From the NCBI GenBank assembly GCA_029210695.1, contig JARGFH010000008.1, positions 1-64,000 of the forward strand: a stretch of DNA of 64,000 nt, in the 5' to 3' direction. The notes under the pieces were generated by a model that made no database searches, was not told the DNA's origin, and worked only from the letters and a program-made list of their open reading frames with translations. This DNA comes from Acidimicrobiia bacterium (lineage in GTDB: Bacteria > Actinomycetota > Acidimicrobiia > Spongiisociales > JAHEDJ01). Positions 29,124 through 39,597 of this stretch are shown one piece after another. A program made the position numbers and the translations under genes. Positions within the stretch are counted from its first letter, which is position 1, and each line of letters opens with the position of its first letter.

Positions 29124-30899
29124 CTAGCTGCAGGAAACCTCACGCATCCCTGGTTGCCCGGATGGGAGGGTGAGACGGAAGACCGCTTCCCCGTGTTCTT
29201 CGTCGAAGTCGTAGACCAGATCTCCTGCCATTAGTTTGGCCAGCCGTCGAGACACGGCAAGTCCCAGACCCACCGAAGCGGTAACGCCGGGCTGGTTGTG
29301 CGCCCGTGCGTACGGTTCGAAGATCCGCTCGCGGTCTTCGTCCGGGATTCCCGGGCCATCATCGCGCACTTCGATGGTGACCACGTCCCCGTCGTGCCTG
29401 CCGACGATGCGCCGGCTCTTCCCCCCGTAGCGGTGTGCATTGGCGATGAGGTTTCGAACGATCTGGCGGAACCGGACCGGATCGGCGAGCACCTCGCAGT
29501 CGCCGGACGGCCGTGTGATCGAGTTGTCCCATCCGAACTCTGTGACGATTCGATCGACGTTTTCTGCGACGTTGATTCGCTCGGGGGCGATGCTGATCTG
29601 GTTGATGTCGGCACGGGCCGCAACGAGCAGGTCTTCAACGATGAACGCCATCTCGCGCGATTGGCCGGCAATGAGTTCGAGCAATTCGGCCCGTTCCGAA
29701 TCAGAGAACACCATATGTCCATGGGCGAGCTCGCCGGCCAGGCCGACCACGGCCGTAAGGGGGGTGCGCAATTCGTGGCTCACAGAGGCGATGAACTCGT
29801 CCTTCGAGCGGATCAGTTCGGCCATCCCGCCGCGGACGCGCATCTCTTCCGTGATGTCGTGGATGGCAATCACCAGCCGGTCGGGATTCGGCCGGAGGCG
29901 GAGTGGTCGAATCCATCGCACTTCGATCCAGATCTGGTCACCGTTGAACGTCACCGTTTCGTAGGTGCACTCGAAGGTCAGCCTGCCTTCGACCATCGCC
30001 ACTACCTCGGAGACCAGGGCCTCGATGGATGTCTCGTTCACCCTGGTGGTTGACATGGGGCCAACCAACGCGGCCGGATCGTCGAGCCCGAGTAGCTCGG
30101 CGGCCGCAGCATTCACGCGCACGTAGACGATTCCGGCCGCGAGATCGGTCACCACGGCCGGGTGGGCGAGGAGGTACTTCCCCAGTTCCTGCGGGTCATT
30201 GATGCCCAGGTTCTCCACCGCTCGCAATGTCGCGCCCCAGTCCTGTTCCAGCAGCGCAACAGGGCTGTCTTCAAAGAGCCGGACGTACCGGCTGGCCGAT
30301 ACCAATGTCGCCATCCTGACGGACAGCATGATGAGAGCCACCAAGCCAAATCCGGTGACGATGGTGGCGGCGGTGGCCACCCTCGCAGCCCCGTCCTCCA
30401 CCCATAGGAAACCGGCCAGCACGAGCACGGCACCTACCCCGATCACATACGCGAGACGCCCTGTGTCGACGAACAGCAGACCAATGCCGCCGATGATGAC
30501 CAACGCCAAAGATGCCGGCAGCAGCGTGGCGTCGGTGCCGACGAGGGGGTAAGTGATCACGACCGAGACGAGCGACAGGATCAAACTCAGGACAACCTTC
30601 CGGCCGCCGGACCAGGCCTGCCAGCCGAAGAGCGCCGCCACGATTGCCGGCGTTATCGATTCCAAGAGCTGATCGGTACTTCCCGTGAAGAGGCCGGATG
30701 CGAAGATTACCAAAGCGGTCAAGGCCGATGCGATGGCCCCCATCCGCATCATCGTCAATCGAACGGTGACGATTGCCTCGTGGAAGACGTCGGTCTCCTC
30801 GGGGTCGTTCGTGACGAGTGCCCGGAGGGTCTGACGGGTGGCGCTCAGAGGGCTGTCGGGCCTGGAGAACCGGCCTGAATCCGGTCGACGGTTGCTCAC
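29124..30899 (-). CDS. Membrane PAS-domain sensor histidine kinase
   Basis: TM N-terminus; LFEDSPV..VNAAA..IHDITE PAS; VSHELRTPLT, NLIANA, DDGPG and GLGL motifs. Confidence 0.92.
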   Translation of the reverse strand: MSNRRPDSGRFSRPDSPLSATRQTLRALVTNDPEETDVFHEAIVTVRLTMMRMGAIASALTALVIFASGLFTGSTDQLLESITPAIVAALFGWQAWSGGRKVVLSLILSLVSVVITYPLVGTDATLLPASLALVIIGGIGLLFVDTGRLAYVIGVGAVLVLAGFLWVEDGAARVATAATIVTGFGLVALIMLSVRMATLVSASRYVRLFEDSPVALLEQDWGATLRAVENLGINDPQELGKYLLAHPAVVTDLAAGIVYVRVNAAAAELLGLDDPAALVGPMSTTRVNETSIEALVSEVVAMVEGRLTFECTYETVTFNGDQIWIEVRWIRPLRLRPNPDRLVIAIHDITEEMRVRGGMAELIRSKDEFIASVSHELRTPLTAVVGLAGELAHGHMVFSDSERAELLELIAGQSREMAFIVEDLLVAARADINQISIAPERINVAENVDRIVTEFGWDNSITRPSGDCEVLADPVRFRQIVRNLIANAHRYGGKSRRIVGRHDGDVVTIEVRDDGPGIPDEDRERIFEPYARAHNQPGVTASVGLGLAVSRRLAKLMAGDLVYDFDEEHGEAVFRLTLPSGQPGMREVSCS

Positions 30900-32884
30900 G
30901 GCTCGATCCCAACGTTGGTCACGACGATGAGGATCTGGTCGGCGAGGACCTGGTCGTCGGGTTCGATCCGGACCGACGTGATTACCCCTCCGGTCGGAGC
31001 ACGGACAGAATGCTCCATCTTCATTGCCTCAATGACCACCAGAACGTCGCCCTGGGCGACGCGGTCGCCTTCTCTTGCTGTTACGGCGACCACCCGCCCC
31101 GGCATGGGGGACAGCAGCGAGCCCGGCTCTTCATGCGCGGTCGCCTCTGGAAATCGAGGGAGTTCCAGGAGGGCTGAATGCCCCAGGACGCTGTCGACAT
31201 ACCACGTGTCTTCCTGGCGATGGGTCGTGAAAGCCCGCAGCACCCCATCGATTTCGATCTCAACGGACGCGTCCGAGCATGACCGGAGCACGGCCGGTAC
31301 GGGTTCGCCGCCTAGGCAAACGCTCAAGCCCCGGCGATCGAACCGATAACCCATCTCGATGTCTCCGCTTTGTCCCCGGAAGCCGAAGTTCTGGAGCTGC
31401 GATGGGCTGTTTCTCCATCCGGAGGGAATCGTCCTGAGAAGCGCGGCTTCCGACCGGGCGACGTACTGGCCGGCCAGAGCGGCAGCCAAGGCGTGCATCC
31501 GCTCTGAAGCCGGATCTGCGAGAGGTGCTCCCAGTTCGGCCGGGTCGTGCCGGTCGAGGAAGTGGGTGTCGGTCCGGCCGGCCAGGAATTCCGGATGGCG
31601 CAGAATTCTGACCAGGAGTTCCCGGTTGGTGTACAGCCCGTGGATTTGCGCACGGGCCAAAGCTGCCGCCAGGCGCCCGGCTGCCTCATCCCGGGTCGGT
31701 GCATACACGACCACCTTGGCCAGTAGCGGGTCGTAGTGAATTGAGACCTCGGAGCCGTTTTCTACCCCGGTGTCGAGGCGGACGGACGAATCGGGTTCGG
31801 TGAGCTCGAATCGGTGGAGCGTACCGGTGGTCGGCAAGAACTCGTGGCGTGGGTCTTCCGCATATAGGCGTGCTTCGATGGCGTGGCCGCTGGTCGTTGC
31901 TCCGATCACCTCCGGGTCGAGCGGGTGGCCCTCGGCGACTCGGATCTGGGCTCTAACGAGATCGAGGCCCGTCACCATTTCCGTGACCGGATGTTCCACC
32001 TGGAGCCGGGTGTTCATCTCGAGGAAGTAGAACTCGCCTTCGGGATCCAGAAGAAACTCGACCGTCCCGACCCCCAGGTATCCGACGGCTTCAGCGGCCC
32101 TGACGGCCGTCTCTCCAAGGGCGGCCCGCCGGACCTGGTCCACGGCGGGGGAGGGAGACTCCTCGATGATCTTCTGATGGCGGCGCTGTATCGAACATTC
32201 ACGTTCAAAGAGGCTCACCACTGTGCCAAACGAATCGCCGAGGATCTGGACCTCGATGTGGCGCGGTTCCTCGATGTAGCGCTCGAGGAAGAGCGTGTCG
32301 TCCCCGAATGCCGACTGCGCTTCACGACGGGCAGCCGCCATGGACTCCTCGAGTTCGGCGGCGTCCCTGACGATGCGCATGCCTTTCCCGCCGCCACCCG
32401 CTGAAGCCTTCACGAGGATCGGATATCCGACCCGCGCCGCAGTAGCTGCCACCGCCGTCGTGTCGAGCCCGGCAACTTCCTCTCCTGGCGCCACCGGGAT
32501 GCCGGCGGCCAGCATGAGGCGACGGGCCTCGACCTTCGAGCCCATGGAGGCGATCGCCGCAGGCGAGGGTCCGATGAAGATGATGCCCGCTTCCGCGCAT
32601 GCAGTCGCGAAGGCCGCGTTTTCGGCCAGGAACCCGTATCCGGGGTGGATGGCCTGTGCGCCCGTTTTGAGTGCGGCTTCGATGACCAGATCGCCGCGCA
32701 GGTAGGTGTCGGCAGGAGCGGCGCCCGGGAGTTCGATTGCTTCGTCTGCTTCTGAGACGAAGGGTGCGTGGCGGTCGGCGTCTGAATACACCGCTACCGT
32801 CGCGACGCCCATCAAGCGACAGGTCCTGAACACCCGCCGGGCGATCTCGCCCCGGTTCGCAACCAGAATCTTGCTGAACCGCAT
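30896..32884 (-). CDS. Acyl-CoA carboxylase alpha subunit (biotin carboxylase plus BCCP)
   Basis: KILVANRGE, HPGYGFLAEN, GGGGKGMR, RLQVEHPVTE and EAMKM motifs. Confidence 0.95.
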   Translation of the reverse strand: MRFSKILVANRGEIARRVFRTCRLMGVATVAVYSDADRHAPFVSEADEAIELPGAAPADTYLRGDLVIEAALKTGAQAIHPGYGFLAENAAFATACAEAGIIFIGPSPAAIASMGSKVEARRLMLAAGIPVAPGEEVAGLDTTAVAATAARVGYPILVKASAGGGGKGMRIVRDAAELEESMAAARREAQSAFGDDTLFLERYIEEPRHIEVQILGDSFGTVVSLFERECSIQRRHQKIIEESPSPAVDQVRRAALGETAVRAAEAVGYLGVGTVEFLLDPEGEFYFLEMNTRLQVEHPVTEMVTGLDLVRAQIRVAEGHPLDPEVIGATTSGHAIEARLYAEDPRHEFLPTTGTLHRFELTEPDSSVRLDTGVENGSEVSIHYDPLLAKVVVYAPTRDEAAGRLAAALARAQIHGLYTNRELLVRILRHPEFLAGRTDTHFLDRHDPAELGAPLADPASERMHALAAALAGQYVARSEAALLRTIPSGWRNSPSQLQNFGFRGQSGDIEMGYRFDRRGLSVCLGGEPVPAVLRSCSDASVEIEIDGVLRAFTTHRQEDTWYVDSVLGHSALLELPRFPEATAHEEPGSLLSPMPGRVVAVTAREGDRVAQGDVLVVIEAMKMEHSVRAPTGGVITSVRIEPDDQVLADQILIVVTNVGIEP

Positions 32885-32895
32885 CACGCCCAACT

Positions 32896-32949
32896 CCCGT
32901 TTTCGCGCGGGAATCCCACCTCATAGGGTGTGAATCCCGCGCGAGAAGC
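32896..32949. repeat. ~54-bp imperfect palindrome, inverted copy of 9553-9606
   Basis: CCCGTTTTCGCGCGGGAATCCCACC...ATCCCGCGCGAGAAGC between the carboxylase subunit genes. Confidence 0.85.
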
Positions 32950-32963
32950 TGATTTGAACCGTT

Positions 32964-34562
32964 TCACATTCGGAAGACCCCGAACTCACCGGTGCCCTGG
33001 ACAGGAGCGGAGTGAACCGCGGAGAGGGCGATCCCGAGGACCGTGCGCGTGTCGCGCGGATCAATGATGCCATCGTCGCGGACGCGGCCGGTCGAGTAGT
33101 AGCCGAGTGCTTCTCGCTCGATCTGTTCCTCGATAGCGCGGCGGCGCTGCTCTTCCTCAGCCTCATCGACCTCCTGCCCGCGGGCGGCCGCCCCGGCCCG
33201 GGTGATGATCGACATCACGCCGGCCAGCTGCTCGCCGCCCATGACTGCGACCTTGTGACCGGGCCATCCGAACACAAACCGGGGATCGAACGACCGGCCG
33301 GACATGCCGTAGTTGCCGGCCCCGTACGACGAACCTGCCATCAAGGAAATGTGCGGGACCTCGCTGTTGGAGACCGCATTCACCATTTTGGCCCCGTCTT
33401 TGATCATCCCGCCCTGCTCGTACTCTTTGCCAACCATGTAGCCGGTGGTGTTGTGGATGAAAAGGATCGGAGTGTCGTAGCGATTACACAACTGGATGAA
33501 CTCGGTTGCCTTCTTCGCTTCTTCGCTGAACAGGACTCCGTGCTGGTTGGCGACGATCCCAACCGGGAAGCCATGGATCGATCCCCAACCGGTAACCAGC
33601 GATGTGCCGTAGGTGAACTTGTATTCATCGAAACGTGAGCCGTCGAGTACGCGGGCCAGCACCTCGCGCATGTCGAACGGAACCTTGAGATCAGCCGAGA
33701 TGATTCCCAACAGGTCTTCAGGGTCGTGCCGCGGCTCATCCGCCGGCAGCTTCGGTCCGTAGCCCAGCTTGCTCCAGTTGAGATGGTTGACGATTTCTCT
33801 CCCGATGCGGATTGCGTCGTGCTCGTCGGCCGCCAGGTAGTCGGACAGTCCAGAGATCCGCGAGTGCATCTCGGCCCCGCCGAGTTCCTCGTCGGTTGAA
33901 TCCTCTCCCGTCGCCATCTTGACCAATGGGGGCCCGCCGAGAAACACCTTTGCTCGCTCCTTGACCATGACGGCGTAGTCGGCCATGCCGGGGACGTAGG
34001 CCCCGCCTGCGGTTGAGTTCCCGAACACGAGAGCGATCGTCGGGATACCGAGTTTGGACAGCTGAGTCAGGTTTCGGAACCACTTGCCACCGACCAGGAA
34101 TACGTCAGCCTGCGTCGGGAGATCTGCTCCGCCCGACTCAACCAGATTGATGAGCGGGAGCCGGTTCTGGCGGGCGATGTCTTGAATGCGAAGGCTCTTG
34201 GGGAGCGATATCGGGTTGGATGAACCCGCCCGGCTCGTGGGGTCGTTGGCGCTGATGGCGACCTCCACGCCTGAGACGACTCCGATGCCGGTGACGAGGT
34301 TGGCTCCAATCGGGAAGTCCGTCCCCCATCCGGCCAGCGAAGAGAATTCGAGGAACGGCGTGTCCCGATCGAGCAGCAACTCGATTCGCTCCCGTGCCAG
34401 GAGCTTGCCACGGCTGTGATGCCGCTCGACGTATTTTGGGCCACCACCGAGCCGCGACGTGTCCATGAGTTGCTCGAACTCGGTCAGCCGTTCGACCATG
34501 GCTGAACGGTTTGACAGATACTCAGTGGAACGTGTGTCGATCTTCGATGTCAGCACCGGCAT
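32964..34562 (-). CDS. Acyl-CoA carboxylase carboxyltransferase (beta) subunit, MCC/geranyl-CoA carboxylase type
   Basis: GKLLARERI, ESGGADL, TAGGAY, GGPPLVK and SYGAGNYGM motifs; start MPVLTSKID at 34562. Confidence 0.93.
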   Translation of the reverse strand: MPVLTSKIDTRSTEYLSNRSAMVERLTEFEQLMDTSRLGGGPKYVERHHSRGKLLARERIELLLDRDTPFLEFSSLAGWGTDFPIGANLVTGIGVVSGVEVAISANDPTSRAGSSNPISLPKSLRIQDIARQNRLPLINLVESGGADLPTQADVFLVGGKWFRNLTQLSKLGIPTIALVFGNSTAGGAYVPGMADYAVMVKERAKVFLGGPPLVKMATGEDSTDEELGGAEMHSRISGLSDYLAADEHDAIRIGREIVNHLNWSKLGYGPKLPADEPRHDPEDLLGIISADLKVPFDMREVLARVLDGSRFDEYKFTYGTSLVTGWGSIHGFPVGIVANQHGVLFSEEAKKATEFIQLCNRYDTPILFIHNTTGYMVGKEYEQGGMIKDGAKMVNAVSNSEVPHISLMAGSSYGAGNYGMSGRSFDPRFVFGWPGHKVAVMGGEQLAGVMSIITRAGAAARGQEVDEAEEEQRRRAIEEQIEREALGYYSTGRVRDDGIIDPRDTRTVLGIALSAVHSAPVQGTGEFGVFRM

Positions 34563-34623
34563 TACCGGCAGGTTAGTTGCGGAGAAACGGGGTAGCCGAT
34601 CCCTGCTGGGTACCATCGCCTTC

Positions 34624-35445
34624 ATGCGATGGACGCGATTCGTGGGTGCGCTCGGGATGCTGGTTGCCGTCGGCGGCGTTTCGGCGGCGATGGTTGCCTC
34701 AGGGCAGCTGCGGGCTGCCGCCGTCGACCGGTCCGCCTCGCTCGACCGGGCGCTCGCCGCCAGTGGCGAAGCGCTCCGCACGGCCGACGACACGGTCGCC
34801 ATCGTTGCCTCGATCGTGGACCAGTTGGCCGGCAGCCTGGTGGCCGTCGAGGATGCCGCGTTCGATTCGATCTCCACCATCGATGGCGCCGAGAGCGGAC
34901 TACGGAAACTGGCGGAGATCAGCGGAGAGGACCTTCCGCGCATCGTCGAGTCGCTGCAAGAGGCAATGCCGGCTCTTATCCAGGTAGCCGACGTCATCGA
35001 TGGAGCCCTCGGAGCCTTGAGCTTCGTCGGCGTGCCCTACGATCCGGACGTGCCGTTCGATGAGTCGCTCACCGGTGTGGCAAGTTCTATCGAGACCCTC
35101 CCGGAACAGGTTCGAGCCCAGGCCGTGCTCATCGAAGAGGTTGCGGACGGACTCGGTGGGCTGGCCGATCAGGCCGGTGATCTGGTCGTCGAAGTCGGCG
35201 CGGCACGTGCGCAACTCGCCGACGGACTGGAATTGCTCAATCAGTATCGAGCGACCACCGCCACCGCGATCGATGCCGTCGAATCCCAGCGGCAACTGCT
35301 CAACACACGCATCGAGTCCGAACGTTCGGCAATCTGGTGGATGAGTGCGGCGGTCGTAGTCGCCCAGTTCGGCTTGTTCGGCGGCGGAGCCTGGCTGGCG
35401 TTTCGCAAGGATGGCCAATCAACACCGGTGGACACCGGCAGCTAG
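34624..35445 (+). CDS. Hypothetical membrane-anchored helical/coiled-coil protein
   Basis: N- and C-terminal TM segments flank an Ala/Leu/Glu-rich heptad region. Confidence 0.7.
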   Translation: MRWTRFVGALGMLVAVGGVSAAMVASGQLRAAAVDRSASLDRALAASGEALRTADDTVAIVASIVDQLAGSLVAVEDAAFDSISTIDGAESGLRKLAEISGEDLPRIVESLQEAMPALIQVADVIDGALGALSFVGVPYDPDVPFDESLTGVASSIETLPEQVRAQAVLIEEVADGLGGLADQAGDLVVEVGAARAQLADGLELLNQYRATTATAIDAVESQRQLLNTRIESERSAIWWMSAAVVVAQFGLFGGGAWLAFRKDGQSTPVDTGS

Positions 35446-35555
35446 CGATTCGCCGTGGTTTCCGACACGGGTTCGGAACCTCGGGCCGAACGCCCCCGGC
35501 GTCGGACCTTCCGACCCTATGGTCACCCGACCGAGTCGGCGACCATGGGGCCGTC

Positions 35556-37532
35556 ATGGGAGGTCATTGCCACACTCCGATGGCAGGGGAGACACCTCGA
35601 AAGGCAGGAGTCGTAGCCCTTGTTGGTCATCCCAACGTCGGCAAATCGACGCTGTTCGAGGCGCTCACCGGTCATCGAGTAATCGCCGCCAACTATCCCG
35701 GCACGACGGTTGAGATCGTCCGTGCTGCCGGGCGTCGTCTCGATGCCACCTTCATCGACTCGCCCGGAATCCTCTCGTTCCCTTCACGGACCGAGGATGA
35801 GCAGGCGACGGTGCGCGTGCTCCTCGACTCCTCTCCCGTCGGGGTGCTACAGGTAGGCGACGCCAAGAACCTTCGCCGGACCCTTCTCGTGACCGTGCAA
35901 CTCGCCGAGATGGGCCTGCCGCTCACATTGGCGCTCAACATGGCCGACGAGGCCGGAGAGCGCGGCATGCCCGATCGGGCCGAGGAACTCTCCCGCCTCC
36001 TCAGTATCCCGGTTGTCGCAACAACTGCAGTGCGTGGTGAGGGAATCAGGACCCTCGAAGAGGCCTTGCGCGCTCCCGGGACTCCTTCCATCCGGGTCGG
36101 GTATCCCGCGCCGATCGAAGCAGCTGTTCGTCAGCTTGCCGAGATCCTTCCCGATGATTCTCTCAGCGAGCGGTCGGTCGGGCTGCTGTTCCTGGCCGGG
36201 GACCCCGTCGCGGAAGAGTGGGTTCGGGACCATCTGGACGATCGTCGGGTCGGTGAGATGGTTCGCCTCCGAACGAAGGCAGCTGAAGAACTTGGGTCAC
36301 CGCTCTCGTCGGCGATCCTGGCAGCTCGGATCGCGGTCGTTGACACGTTGTTGGGGGATGGCATCGGTACTGCGCCGATTGGGGGGCAGGTTCGCAAACG
36401 CAGGATCAGTCGCCTGACGACCCACCCGGTCTGGGGCATTCCGCTGCTGGCTGCGGTGCTTTCCGGGCTCTACTGGTTCGTCGGGGTCTTCGGGGCAGGA
36501 ACACTCGTCGGCTGGCTCGAAGGGACGCTCTTCGGTGAATACATCAATCCCTGGCTCAGCGCGCGTCTCGACCGGCTCGTAGCCTGGGACTGGCTCCGGG
36601 ATCTCCTGGTAGGGGAATACGGCCTCTGGACCATGGGGATGACCTATGCACTGGCTCTGATCCTACCGATCGTGGCCACCTTCTTCTTCGCCTTCGGGCT
36701 GCTGGAGGACTCGGGATACCTTCCACGGCTGGCGGTTCTCACGAACCGGATCTTCAAGGCGATGGGCCTCAACGGCACAGCGGTGGTACCGATGGTGCTG
36801 GGGCTCGGTTGCGTAACGATGGCAACCATGACGACCCGGATCTTGTCCTCGAAACGAGACCGATTGTTGGTCATCCTGTTGCTCTCACTCGGCGTGCCGT
36901 GCAGTGCCCAGTTGGGGGTGGTGATGGGCATGTTGGGCGGCATCTCTATGACGGCGTTGATGATTTGGGGATTCGTCGTAGCGGGCGTGTTGGTGACGGT
37001 TGGCTGGCTGGCGGCCCGGTTGGTGCCGGGCGACCGCTCGGTGTTCGTCGCCGAACTGCCACCGATGCGTCGCCCGCCGGTCCGCCCCGTCGTACTGAAA
37101 ACGGTGGCCAGGGTCGAGTGGTACCTCCGGGAGGTCGTGCCTCTCTTTCTGCTCGGCTCGGTGCTGTTGTTCGTGCTCGATCGGCTAGATGTTCTCCAAT
37201 GGCTGGTCGGTGTGGCCGAACCGCTCGTGGTCGATTGGCTCGAGTTGCCCGCCGAGGCGGCCACCGCCTTCATGATGGGGTTCTTCCGGAGGGACTTCGG
37301 CGCCACCGGCCTGTTCCTCATCGCCGGCGCCGGGCTACTCACCCCGCTCCAGATCGTGGTGAGCATGACCACCATCACGCTGTTCGTCCCATGTGTGGCC
37401 AGCGTGCTGATGATCGCCAAAGAACGCGGAGCGAAGACGGCGGCGGCGGTAACGGCGCTTGTCTTCCCGCTGGCCATCCTGATCGGCGGTCTGCTGAGCC
37501 GCACACTCGAGTTCGTGGGATGGGGAGCATGA
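35556..37532 (+). CDS. feoB: Ferrous iron transporter B
   Basis: GHPNVGKS, NYPGTT, DSPG and NMAD G-motifs; LEDSGYLPR, GLGC and PCSAQ membrane motifs. Confidence 0.95.
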   Translation: MGGHCHTPMAGETPRKAGVVALVGHPNVGKSTLFEALTGHRVIAANYPGTTVEIVRAAGRRLDATFIDSPGILSFPSRTEDEQATVRVLLDSSPVGVLQVGDAKNLRRTLLVTVQLAEMGLPLTLALNMADEAGERGMPDRAEELSRLLSIPVVATTAVRGEGIRTLEEALRAPGTPSIRVGYPAPIEAAVRQLAEILPDDSLSERSVGLLFLAGDPVAEEWVRDHLDDRRVGEMVRLRTKAAEELGSPLSSAILAARIAVVDTLLGDGIGTAPIGGQVRKRRISRLTTHPVWGIPLLAAVLSGLYWFVGVFGAGTLVGWLEGTLFGEYINPWLSARLDRLVAWDWLRDLLVGEYGLWTMGMTYALALILPIVATFFFAFGLLEDSGYLPRLAVLTNRIFKAMGLNGTAVVPMVLGLGCVTMATMTTRILSSKRDRLLVILLLSLGVPCSAQLGVVMGMLGGISMTALMIWGFVVAGVLVTVGWLAARLVPGDRSVFVAELPPMRRPPVRPVVLKTVARVEWYLREVVPLFLLGSVLLFVLDRLDVLQWLVGVAEPLVVDWLELPAEAATAFMMGFFRRDFGATGLFLIAGAGLLTPLQIVVSMTTITLFVPCVASVLMIAKERGAKTAAAVTALVFPLAILIGGLLSRTLEFVGWGA

Positions 37533-37960
37533 GTCGCTCGATGTCCTGTCCGCTCTGCGGCGCTCGCTTCGATCCGGAGATCGAAATCGCTTGTGGAAGT
37601 TGTCCCATGCACGGAGCTTGCACCCTGGCCTGCTGCCCGGAATGCGGGTATACGACCGTCGACATTGGAAGGTCCCGCTCGGCCGGTCTGCTCGCCAGGT
37701 TATTTCCCGCGCGCAAAGAGGAAACGATCGTGGCGGCGACACTCGACGTTGCGACGCTCGGCGAGGATGTAGCGATTGCCGGTTTCGCGGAGAATATGAC
37801 CACCGGACACCGGGAACTCCTGCGCGCTTACGGAATCGAACCCGGGCGAATGGTGCGCGTCGGTCAGCACTCGCCGGTCACCGTTGTGCGGGTCGATGAG
37901 ACCGAGATCGCGTTGGAAGCCGACCTGGCGAGGTTGATCTTCATCGGCGCCCCCCGCTGA
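37529..37960 (+). CDS. feoA: FeoA-domain protein with an N-terminal 8-Cys domain
   Basis: ATGA overlap with feoB; CPLC..CGSCP..C..CCPEC followed by an LRAYGIEPG..V.V..EIAL FeoA SH3-like fold. Confidence 0.82.
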   Translation: MSRSMSCPLCGARFDPEIEIACGSCPMHGACTLACCPECGYTTVDIGRSRSAGLLARLFPARKEETIVAATLDVATLGEDVAIAGFAENMTTGHRELLRAYGIEPGRMVRVGQHSPVTVVRVDETEIALEADLARLIFIGAPR

Positions 37961-38066
37961 TCGATTCCGTTCTCGGCCGTCCTGCTCGTTCCCGGGCCGG
38001 GCTTTGCCGCGCCGCCAAGCTGGTTCGGGGAGGTACCGTCTTGTGGATAGCAGGAATGGAGGGGTT

Positions 38067-38957
38067 GTGAACGAAAAGATCGGATTCATCGGACTCGGGA
38101 TCATGGGATCGGGGATGGCCCGCAACCTCGTGGAGAAAGGTCACGACGTAACCGTGTGGAACCGCACCACATCCCGGGCGGATGAGCTGGCCGCGGTGGG
38201 TGCAGTGGCGGTGGATTCGCCGAAGGCGGTGGCGGAGTCATGTGATATCACGATGATCTGCGTCTCCGACACACCCGATGTCGAGGCGGTGCTGCACGGC
38301 GATCAGGGCGTGTTGTCCGGTCTGAGCGAAGGGCAGCTCGTTATCGATCATTCCACGATCAGCCCATCGGCCACGCTTCGCTTCGCCGAGGAGGTTGGCA
38401 ACGTGGGCGCCTTCTGGCTCGATGCCCCGGTCAGCGGCGGCAGCGAGGGAGCGGCGCGCGGCACCCTCTCGATCATGATCGGGGGTGACGCCGACCAGTT
38501 CGAACGTGCCGTGCCCTTCCTGGAGGCGTTCGGGACCACTATTACCCATGTTGGCCCGACGGGAGCCGGGCAGCTAGTGAAGCTGGTCAATCAGATTCTG
38601 GTGGTCGGCACCCAGCTGGCGGTATCGGAGGCTCTCCTGTTCGCCGAGGCAGGAGGACTGGACCTCGAGAAGACGCTGAGTGCCGTCGCCGGGGGAGCGG
38701 CCGGGTCGTGGATGCTCTCCAATCGGGGTCCGCAGATGATTGTTCGCGATTGGCGGCCGGGCTTCACGATCGACCTCCAGCAGAAAGACCTCCGTCTCGT
38801 GCTCGAAGCCGCAGACGAGTTGGGAACACCCGTTGTCGGTACCGGTCTGGTGTTCCAGATGTACCGGGCATTGCAGCGCCGGGGATTGGGCGGCGACGGC
38901 AACCACGCACTCGTGAAAGCGCTCGAGGAGATGTCGGGAATCACCCTCGGAACGTGA
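38067..38957 (+). CDS. Beta-hydroxyacid dehydrogenase (3-hydroxyisobutyrate/tartronate semialdehyde reductase family)
   Basis: IGFIGLGIMG, DAPVSGG, GQLVKLVNQ and QKDL motifs. Confidence 0.92.
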   Translation: MNEKIGFIGLGIMGSGMARNLVEKGHDVTVWNRTTSRADELAAVGAVAVDSPKAVAESCDITMICVSDTPDVEAVLHGDQGVLSGLSEGQLVIDHSTISPSATLRFAEEVGNVGAFWLDAPVSGGSEGAARGTLSIMIGGDADQFERAVPFLEAFGTTITHVGPTGAGQLVKLVNQILVVGTQLAVSEALLFAEAGGLDLEKTLSAVAGGAAGSWMLSNRGPQMIVRDWRPGFTIDLQQKDLRLVLEAADELGTPVVGTGLVFQMYRALQRRGLGGDGNHALVKALEEMSGITLGT

Positions 38958-39009
38958 CGATACGGTCACCATTCGACTACGTTGATTCGAAACTACGACC
39001 GGGAGCGAC

Positions 39010-39576
39010 ATGGCGGCCGTTGATGCCCTCCATTGGACCGAAAACGAAGACGCCAACCGGCTGCTGGCGGCCGATCCTCTGGCACTGCTGATCGGGATGT
39101 TGCTCGACCAGCAGTTCCCGATGGAGCGAGCGTTCTTTGGGCCATTCCTTCTCTCGCAACGGCTCGGGCGGGATCTCGATGCAGCCGACCTCGCCTCGAT
39201 AGACGAAGAAGAACTGATCACGCTCTTCAAGGGGCCACCGGCGATTCACCGGTTCCCCGGTTCGATGGCCAAGCGCACCCAATCGTTGTGCCAGGCCATT
39301 GTCGACGACTATCGGGGCGATGCCGCGCAGATCTGGGTGACCGCCTCCAACGCGGCCGAGCTCCTGAAGCGGCTCAAAGCCCTCCCGGGCTACGGCGTGG
39401 CGAAGTCTCGGATCTTCATCGGAATACTTGGAAAGCGACTTCGGGTGACCCCTGACGGTTGGGAGAAGGCGGCCGCGGACTGGCCCTCCATTGCCGATGT
39501 CGCTGTCTTCGATGACGTGCTCGAGCTGCGTGAGAAGAAGCGGGCAATGAAGGAAGTCGGGAAGACCAACACCTGA
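39010..39576 (+). CDS. HhH-GPD-type base excision repair family protein
   Basis: LLIGMLLDQQ, PAIHRFPGSMA and LPGYG..K HhH motifs. Confidence 0.88.
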   Translation: MAAVDALHWTENEDANRLLAADPLALLIGMLLDQQFPMERAFFGPFLLSQRLGRDLDAADLASIDEEELITLFKGPPAIHRFPGSMAKRTQSLCQAIVDDYRGDAAQIWVTASNAAELLKRLKALPGYGVAKSRIFIGILGKRLRVTPDGWEKAAADWPSIADVAVFDDVLELREKKRAMKEVGKTNT

Positions 39577-39597
39577 GCCGGCCCTTCTCGACCACCG

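Noticed and set aside
36809..37528. Long N-terminal extension of the FeoA ORF (likewise 16675-17166, 24165-24344, 34563-34997, 61355-61567)
   Set aside because: The extensions overlap well-supported neighbouring genes; internal starts with an RBS or stop/start overlap fit better.
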